From the human T2T-CHM13v2.0 reference genome, Homo sapiens, in assembly GCF_009914755.1 (NCBI RefSeq), contig NC_060947.1: a stretch of DNA of 64,000 bases; one strand, 5' to 3'. The position numbers were made by a program, and so were the translations under genes. Below the pieces are notes generated by a model. That model was not told where the DNA came from. It was given only the letters and a program-made list of their open reading frames with translations, and ran no database searches. Each line of letters opens with the position of its first letter. The first letter of the stretch is position 1. Shown here in pieces: positions 55,125-64,000 of the stretch.

Positions 55125-57028
55125 TTTACTCGCTTTTTTAGCCTCCTCTTGGCCTTTTTTGTTGCCAAGGATTTGGGTCAGTGCTAAAAATCCTGAAAAT
55201 GTTAAAAATGCAATAATTAACCTAACCGATTCAGACAATTTATTTCTGATTTCAAGACACTGAAAAATAAAAGTCACTTCCATGGAAAAATAGAATTCAT
55301 TTTAGGTGTTTTGACATGGAGTCTAATACAAGGAGTTGGTTAAACAGGCAGTGGACAATTCAAAAAGCAAAAAGGGGAACACAGAGGTATCAGAAGATTG
55401 GCAGAGCTGGGCCTCAGAACTCTGAGGAGGGGACACTGCCCAAATGAGTACATCTAAGGGACACAGGGAGGCTGGTTCTGGAGCACTCAAAGAAGGTGAA
55501 GACTGGAACCCACTGCTGCTGCTTCAGTGAAGGGTCATTCCTAGAGTAATGTTGACAAGAACAGCAGGCAAAACTGAAAGGAGCAAGTCTGTTGTCCCAT
55601 TTCACTGTCCTTCTCTAGTTCTCTCTTTTATCAGAACCTAATAGAGAGCAAGCAAAGATAAAATGTGATTTGTAGATTTCATGTCTAGCATCACAAGGAA
55701 TGTAGAAGTGTAGCCCAGGGGACAGCAGCTTAATAACTGACCTACATTCCAACTGAGGGTGATAGAGAGAGGTAGGTAAGGTCACATTCATTCTGTGTCT
55801 ACATCTCCTGGCTCCGGACCTGGGGAAGGAGCAGAAAGGGAAGGGGGTAGAGAACTGGATTGTGTGACCTCAAAATCACCATTATTTTGCCTTGGATTGT
55901 TTCTTCTCATCATTTAATCATGAAGGTCCTCCAGCCTTAGCAAGTTTTTGGGAAAACAACATGAATCCTAACTGAGTATAATGATTTTCAAAACTGTTTC
56001 CAGGAGTTTTTTTCCATGAAGGCCAGTGTAGAGACAACTGGAGTCTTTGGAATGTGAGGAAACCAAGCATGAAGCCCCGTACCTTTCTATTCTTCCAGGA
56101 TCATTCTGAGGGCAGAGGAACACTGTGGAGATAGTAGAAGAGGAAGAAGCTCTCCTGCTCAGCCTCAAATAGGCAGATCTGAACCCACTGGCCTGAAGGC
56201 CCAGCTAACTATAAGGGTACCAGAGACTCAGAGAAAAACACATAAAGCCTGGGCATTAGAAAAATAACACTTAATTCTCCATCACTTTCCTCATGTGAAT
56301 GCAATTACAAAAGGCCAATTGTTGACAAGTTTGTGTTGGTTAAGATGATTTGCCAAATGCCAGAACAGGGAAGTCTGAATTCCTTTGTTTAATCAAAAAT
56401 TAGCTCTCCTCCTAAACTGATACCCTATTTAAAGCCAATAGAGAGAAACTAGAGTGTTTAAGGCACAAATGGCTAATGTCTGAAACTTCTTTTATAATTA
56501 AAAATATGCAAAGATTATTCATTTACATAAAAGAATGTATGGGTCACTTCACCACAAAATTGTATTATGGCAAACAAACTATACGCTAGTAACTACTGGA
56601 GTTCTCAATGATATTTCACAGACTACCTACTAACTGGTCCATATCCTCACCAATTCCAGTAACTCATTTGGGAACATTTGAAAGACAGAAGGTGCTACAT
56701 CTTCAGATACTGGATTTACCACCAACACCAGCAGATACTCCCTCCCAGAGACTCTTGACATAGATTGGCTCTCACATAGCTCTTGATAAGTCTAGGTCCA
56801 GTTAGCTCAATAACCCCACGGAATACACCTGGAGAGGAATTCTACTGAAATGAGAATTTAAAGTACTTGAGGTCATTACAAAGTTGCTTTGAAAATTTCA
56901 GTTCAGAAGAGAGAGGCAAAAGGGGAATGGAGGCAAGATGGTTTTCCACGTTGGAGAGAAAAAATGTGGGAAGTGTTCCAACTTTTTCTGTTCAGGAGGG
57001 AAAATAAATCATTTAAAAAGTGTTTTAA

Positions 57029-57250
57029 CATTAGGTACTCATGGACATAAAGATGGCAACAATAGACATTGGGGACTAATAAACTGGGGAGGGAGGGAGC
57101 AAGGGTTGAAAAAGTAACCGGTGGGTACTATGCTCACCACCTGGGTGACGGAATCATTCATACCCCAAACATCAGCATCATGTAATATACCCATGTAACA
57201 AACTCCTATGTGTACCCCCTGAATCTAAAAAAAAGTTGAAATTATTTTTT
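57029..57250 (+). mobile_element. L1MA 3' end with TSD
   Basis: CATGGACATAAAGATGGCAACAATAGAC; AAAAAGTGTTTTAA on both sides (57015-57028, 57251-57264). Confidence 0.85.
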
Positions 57251-57639
57251 AAAAAGTGTTTTAAGTGAGGAAACAATGTTTGAACGTTAGCCTCCTGCCA
57301 AATTGCTTTTACACTGTATTATTTATTTTATGATGATCATTTTGTCCCGTTAAGCTATTCAATTGAATGTCAGGAGCCATGCTCTTCAAGGAAACCTTTC
57401 AAAGCCTATTCCATGAAAGGTCACCCTCTGGTACCTTCCCCAAAGTTGCTGTGAAAGGAGGAAGGACAAAGGAATCCACTATACACTGACCAAGGAGAAC
57501 ATGTTGCAGTGCTGCAATGAGCAGGAAAAATATGATGGGCCTCAGATTAAAGCTACTGTCTGAGATTATAAACTAATAAAAAACATTTAAAGCCAACAGA
57601 CTCAGAAAGGTAATCTATCTTAATGGTTAAAAGCATAGG

Positions 57640-58020
57640 TACTTGGATAGTATGGGTTGATAGGTGCAGCAAACCGCCACAGCACATGTATACCTATGTA
57701 ACAAACCTGCAGGTTCTGCACATGTATCCCAGAACGTAAAGTAAAATTTAAAAAAAAATGTAATCTCCGCATGTCGAGGAAGGGACCTGGTGGGTGGTGA
57801 TTGGATTATGGGGGCAGTTTCCCTCATGCTGTTTTCATGACAGTGAGTGAGTTCTCATGAGATCTGATGGTTTAAACGTGTATGGTGGTCCCCCCAACTC
57901 CTGCCACCATGTAAAATGTACCTTGCTTCCCCCTTCGACATCCATCATAATTGTAAGTTTCCTGAGGCCTCCCCAGCCATGCAGAACTGTGAGTTAATTA
58001 TACCTCTTTTATTTATAAAT
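57640..58020 (+). mobile_element. Short L1PA 3' end joined to an MST/THE1 LTR fragment
   Basis: GTAACAAACCTGCA...AAAAAAA followed by TGTAATCTCC...CCCCAGCCATGCAGAACTGTGAG. Confidence 0.8.
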
Positions 58021-58748
58021 TTTTAAAAAAGAACAGGGCTTAAATCATAGCTTAAATCTTAAATCTTAGCTCCTTCACTTTTTTCCGAATGACCTTCTTA
58101 AGCTCTCTAACCCTCAGTTTCTCTATGTGTGAAATGGTATAATCCATATACTGGTACTATCTATGTACAACATTCCTTTTTTCTCCTGTACCAACTGTAA
58201 AGCAGGACACAGATTTGAGGCCTGATGGAATAAGTTTACAAAATAAAACATTTTCCTCCCCAAATCTCCATTAGATGTCTTTTTCCAAGTCTAACATCTC
58301 ACAGCCAGTAGGTCTTCTTTTATGCTTAGCCTTCCCAATTTTGACTTCTCTCTTCCAGCATCATTATTCTTCTCTTTCTATCCCTTTCTTAGGCAGAGTG
58401 AAGTATCTCTGTCTAGGGTCTTCCAAACTCTCATACCCACACTTTGTTTGCTACTGACCAAACAAAGCACCTATCAGTTATTAGTAGGTCCGTTTATTAA
58501 AGGGCAGCAACAGATAATACTCAACATTTTTGCTGTCACATGTGGATAATTAGAGTAACTACTAAACAGAGTTATTGTGGGATTAAATGTGATAATGAAT
58601 CTAAAGTGATTTGCACAGTGGCATTTAAGTGTTAACCAAATGTTCCCTGTTGCTGTGGTTATTATTTTGATCATTATTATTTAGTTTATGGACTCTTTCA
58701 TTGAGCACACTTCTCCTGTGTCAGTGAAAATGATATGTGTCACAGATT

Positions 58749-59345
58749 TGTTTAATATTGTTGCTGCCTTGGCATTCATTTTTAGGCCTGACGTAGGTTG
58801 TTTCAAACCCGGTAGTACCCTGTCACCTTTGGCCTAGTTAAAACTCCCCGTCTCCATGTGGTTGTTTGCAATACAACCCAATATTTCCTCATCTCACAAA
58901 TGCCAAACAACATACCTCACACTTGTTGACCACAATAAGACTTAATGGTCAACACCAGAATCTTGTAAATAAGTTACTCCTTTCATGAGTGTTTTCCTTA
59001 AACTTGCCAATCCACAACCTCCACAGCAAAGCCTACTAGATTACACCCAAGGACCTTAATAAAGGCCCAGTCCCACAGGTTCTCTCTCACTCTCTTTCAC
59101 TCCTCACTCGTTAGTTGCACTCACTGCTGCCTCAGGACTTCCTGTCAGCTTCCTGTAGGTACCCCTCATCTTTCTGGGATGTGTGAAGAATAAATTTCTT
59201 CAGTGCCGTGCATTTTGGTTGCACTTCCTTATTCTCTCTCAATTGACAAACCCCCTGAACCCAACACCCTCCTTCACCACCATCAGGGCTCTCCTAAGGA
59301 GTGACACTCTCAAGAGAGAGACCTCAAGACCAAATTAGAAAAGAA
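58749..59345 (+). mobile_element. ERVL-class LTR, same family as 26425-27042
   Basis: Direct similarity at both ends; AATAAA motifs present. Confidence 0.6.
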
Positions 59346-61617
59346 ATTTTAAAAGTATGGTGGAAAGAAAGTACTTAAGGTTTTAGTATAAAATTTTTTT
59401 TAGAAAAACACAAACTCAACAAATGAGATCCTGTATTTTTAAGGGAGGTTCACTTTGCCTGGACATTTGTGTCCTCTTTCCTTCCTGAATATTTGCAATT
59501 CAGTGGTAATCAAGTAGCAAAGTGGCTCAGGCACCATTCCCTATCTAGTGTTCTGGGGAAAAGGACATCATTCTACATCTTCTGAGAGAAATAAAATGAA
59601 ACAATACTTATTGGGCTCTTACATTGTGATTAGTAAAGTACTAAATACTATGATTATTTAATACTTAAGAACACTCTATGAAGTAAGTGGTATTATTCCC
59701 CCATTTGCAATCGTAGTCTCCAGGATAATAATAAATCCTAATTTTGTTCCTTGGTTTGGATAAAACACCACCAAACCCACACCAGCCACAAAATCCCAAC
59801 TATGATCAAATATCTCAAACTAGAAGAAAGAGAAAAAAAAGCTTTTCAAGGGTATATACAGTGTTTCAAAACATCTTGAAATCTGAAGTCTTTATAAAGG
59901 GATTTTCCTCATTTGCCAAAGGTTTTGCTTTGTCATAGACACCTTGTCACAGCTGTTGTATTGTCAAAAATAAATAAAAGAACTTCCTAGCTATTAACGT
60001 TGCCTCCCTTGATCTTTATCTATTTACATCCATGGAAAATAGAGAGGCTGAGTGACGGAAGCCCCTCTGCCAGGAGTGCACATCTGTTAGCAAAACTATG
60101 TCTGTATCTCAGCCAGATTTCTCATTCTTCATCGCTTTTCTCTCCAACTAACTACCGCACAAGACAAGAAGTCACAGGAACTCTGACCCTAGGCTTTGCC
60201 TGGTCAGGGACTTACAGTTCACTACTTCTCTTTTTAAACCAGCATCAAGAAAGGAGCCTAGAGATGATTGCTTTCACCCTCTCACTTAGACCATGTTCTC
60301 AGCACCAATCCATTCCAACATATGCCCAGAAGCACCCCTTTCACACAGCTCTTAGGAGAAGTAGAAGCATCAGGTTTTAAGTATGAAGGAGAGGGGACTT
60401 AGATTTTGGAGTGGATGAATTTGGGGTACCTGTGAGGCAAGTTTGGACTCAGGTTACAGCTCTGAGTCAAAGACACAGAAATGAGAGGTGGTACCCAAAG
60501 CCAACAGAATGGATGAGGATATAAATGAAGAAAGGGAAGCATAAATGAAGAGAAAGGGAGAGGAGGGAAGGGGTAGTGTTCAAAACAGACCTCTGGGATC
60601 TGGCTACTTAGCAACAGCAGGGGTAAGGGAAGATTTGTTAGGCAGGTAAGCAGAGAACACACTGCCCATCTATTTATTTAGCTCTCTGTCTGCAAGCTGT
60701 TGGCTTGTCAGTACTTGAGGAGGTAGGCATATGAACTCTATCATCAATGGTATATTTTGTATTGTTTCATATACTGACTGTTGTCTCACTTCTGTACACC
60801 TTTTTTAATGCTTGGGGAATCTGAAGGACAGCTTGTTTTTCATTCAGTCTCATATTGAATCACAGATTTTTGGTTAAGCAGGCAGTAAACAAATCTAAGC
60901 CTTCATGTGCCCAGGACATACAAATGCCTCCCCTTAATGCCTATATTCTCAGGGTTAACATAACCTCATTCAGTCCTCAGGGTTAACATAACCTCATTTG
61001 AACAGGGCTTGCAAGCCATTCATATGTCTCATATTGTTTTGTTCCTGGAATAGTCTCTTGAGAGATGTAACTAACTGTGGTCTAAAAGAGTAGTTCAAAT
61101 AAATTTGGAAATGCTGAATTCTATAATCTGAGAGTCACACAACATATTAGTATAATAATGGCTCTGACAAGTCTGCAGTTAAAAAATAAAAACATAAAAT
61201 ATAATAAATGAATAAAAATAAATATGAAAATATAAAAATAAAAAATTTAACTTCACTTAACTCAGAATTTCCCAAGTTGTTCGATCCCAGAAACCCTTTC
61301 TCCATGGAATACTTATGTCTGGAGGAACAAAGTTCTACAGAGCACATGTAGGTATTTTATTAATCCAAAGACCCCTTTCTAACATGGACTACAAAATCCA
61401 TCTTACAACTGGGGAAACTAGTCTGCACTTAAAACTGTTCTCATTTTTGTGGAAATTGCTACATGGTACATCCAGTTAAATAATATGGTCAGTGGTATAT
61501 AGTGGCCAGAGAACTGAGGAGGGATGGAGGAAAGTTTCTGTTATGGAAGAGAGCAAACGTCACTGGCCCATATTGGAGTACAGCCTTTGCCTTTGGCCTC
61601 ATTAACACTATGCTCTC

Positions 61618-63065
61618 CCCAAATAGCCAAAGCAATCATAAGCAAAATGAAAAAATCTGGAGGCATCATATTGCTGGATTTCAAGTTATACTACAAGGTT
61701 ATAATTACCAAAGCAGGATGGAACTGGTATAAAAGTAGTCACATAGACCAACGGAACAGAATAGAGAACCCAGAAGTAAAGACAAATATGTACAACCGAT
61801 TGACCCTTGAAAAAGCATACAAAAACATAAATTGGAGAAAAGACACCATATTTAATAAATGGTGCTGGGAAAATTGGCCAGTCACATGTAGAAGAATGAA
61901 ACTGGATCCCTATCTCCCAACATATACAGAAATCAACTCAAGATGGATCAAGACCTGAAACCATACAAATTCTGGAAGAAAGTCTAGCAAAAACTCTTCT
62001 GGGCATTGTCCTAGACAAAGAATTCATGACTAAGACCCCAAAAGACCCCAAAAGCAAAGGCAACAGAAACAAAAATAAATAAATGGGATCTCGTAAAATT
62101 AAAAAGATTCTGCACAACAAAAGAAATAATTTTGAGTAAAGAGACAAACCACAGAATGTGAGAAAATATTTGCAAACTATGCATTCAACAAAAGACCAGT
62201 ATCTGAATCTATGAGGAACGCAAACAAATCAGCAAGAAAAAAAAAACAAATAATCCCATCAAAAAGTGGGCAAAGGACATGAATGGACATTTATCAAAAG
62301 AAGACAATCAACCAACAAACATTTGAAAAAAATGTTCAACGTCACTAATCATCAGGGAAATGCAAATTAAAACCACAATGAGATACCACCTTACTCCTGC
62401 AAGAATGGGCATAATTAAAACGTCAAAAAACAATAGATGTTGGCATGGATGTGGTGAAAAGGGAAGACTTTTTCACTGCTGGTAGGAATGTAAATTAGTA
62501 CAAACTCTATGGAAAACAGTATGGAGATTCCTTAAAGAACTAAAAGTAGATCTACCATTCCATGCAGCAATCCCACTACTGGGTATCTGCTTAAAGAAAA
62601 CAAAGTCATTATATGAAAAAGACACATGGATACATATGTTTATTGCAGCCCAATTCACAATTGCAAAGGTACAGAACCAACTTAAGTGCCCATCAAACAC
62701 CATGGACTACTACTCGGCTATAAAAAAGGAATGAAGTTATGTCTTTTGCAGCAACTTGGATAGAGCTAGAAGCCATTATTCTAAGTGAAGTAACTGAGGA
62801 ATGGAAAACGAAATACCATTTTTCTCACTTATAAGTGAGAGCTAAGCTATGAGGACACAAAGGCATACAGTGTGATATAATGGACTTTGGAGACTCAAAG
62901 CGGGGAGGATGAGAGGAGGGTGTGGGGTAAGAAACTACATATTGGGTACAATGTACACTACTCAGGTGATGGGTGCTCTAAAACCTCAGAATTCCACCAC
63001 TATATAATTCATGCATGTAACCAAAAACCACTTGTACCGCAAAAGTTGTTGAAATAATAAAATAT
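61618..63065 (+). mobile_element. L1PB/L1MA 3' portion
   Basis: ORF2 translation IAKAIISK...FNKWCWENW...KLDPYL, followed by 3'UTR. Confidence 0.88.
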
Positions 63066-63099
63066 TTTTTAAAAATTCCTTTCCTCGGAGGATTTAGGT

Positions 63100-63270
63100 G
63101 AAGGGAGAGCCTCAGGAAGAATAGCTAATGCATGCTGGGCTTAATACCTAGGTGTTGGGTAGATCCATGCAGCAAACCATTATAGCACACATTCACCTAT
63201 GCAACAAACCTGCACATCCTGCACAGGTACCTTGGAACTTGAAATAAAAGCTGAAGAAATAAAAAACCAC
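63100..63270 (+). mobile_element. Old L1PA 3' end
   Basis: GGAAGAATAGCTAATGCATGCTGGGCTTAATACCTAGG. Confidence 0.8.
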
Positions 63271-63519
63271 TATATGTTCTCAACAGCTGAATGAACTAAC
63301 TTCAGACAGAATAATACATACATCAGCAGCATGAAATTTTTCAGTGACCTCCCCTGTTCTTTCAACATGGACTTATTATTACATAGTGGAGCACTTTTGA
63401 TTCTGGAAAATCACTTTTCAAACTAATGGTACTTGCTACAGAAAATACCTTACAAATACCTTTTAATTTAGCACTTGAGAAAGTACAAATGTGTACTTCA
63501 GCTATCTTTCTTAGCTGGT

Positions 63520-63800
63520 GCTATGATCTGGTGGTTAGGGCATGAGGGCCTAAACACAAATGAGATTAGTGCCTTTATAAAAGAGGCCCATGGGAGACTG
63601 TTTTCCCTTTCCATCCAGTGAGGACACAGCAAGAAGTCTCCATCTATGAACCGGGAAAATGGTCCTCACCAGACACTGAAGCTTGTTGGCACCTTCATCT
63701 TGGACTTCCCAGCTTCCAGAACTGTAAGAAATAAATTTTGTTGTTTATAAGCCACCCAGGCCATGGGATTTTATTCAGTATCCCGGATGAACTAAAATAG
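63520..63800 (+). mobile_element. MLT1A-like LTR
   Basis: GATTAGTGCCTTTATAAAAGAGGCCC...AGAAATAAATTTTGTTGTTTATAAGCCACCCAG. Confidence 0.8.
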
Positions 63801-64000
63801 CTGGTATCATATTGTGAGCAATATTTTGCCTTAAACATCTTTTTTGCTTCATTAGTTTCAAATTCTAATTACCCACAGCGAACGTGAGTTGCAGACCAAG
63901 TTTCTTCAAAATCAGCAGCTCAGGCAATTGTTCAACGTAAGATATTTTGTTAAAACCGCAAGAATTTTATCTGTACCTTAAATGATCAGATAGCATAGCC

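Overview
This is primate (most likely human) non-coding genomic DNA, AT-rich and dominated by interspersed repeats. I found no intact host protein-coding gene, CpG island, RNA gene or CRISPR array; almost every ORF in the track is Alu-, L1- or LTR-derived or a chance ORF. Main contents: (1) a nested stack at 2.9-8.7 kb, made of an ERV-L remnant with a dUTPase region, a complete MST-type MaLR provirus inside it, and a ~1.45 kb 3'UTR-like retrocopy with a perfect 29-bp target-site duplication (TSD) inside that; (2) a full-length minus-strand L1PA7/8-like element (9.6-16.3 kb) with an open ORF0-like frame; (3) a MER41A-like LTR, a THE1 provirus, many solo LTRs, Alus, old L1/L2/MIR fragments and a young 5'-truncated L1PA; (4) a second, very short mRNA retrocopy at 34.2 kb with an AluY in its poly(A) tail. 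The sequence does not support a genuinely new biological system; the best leads are the two non-repeat retrocopies with double poly(A) architecture. Subfamily names come from recalled consensus motifs and need RepeatMasker/Dfam confirmation. Boundaries of old repeats are approximate.
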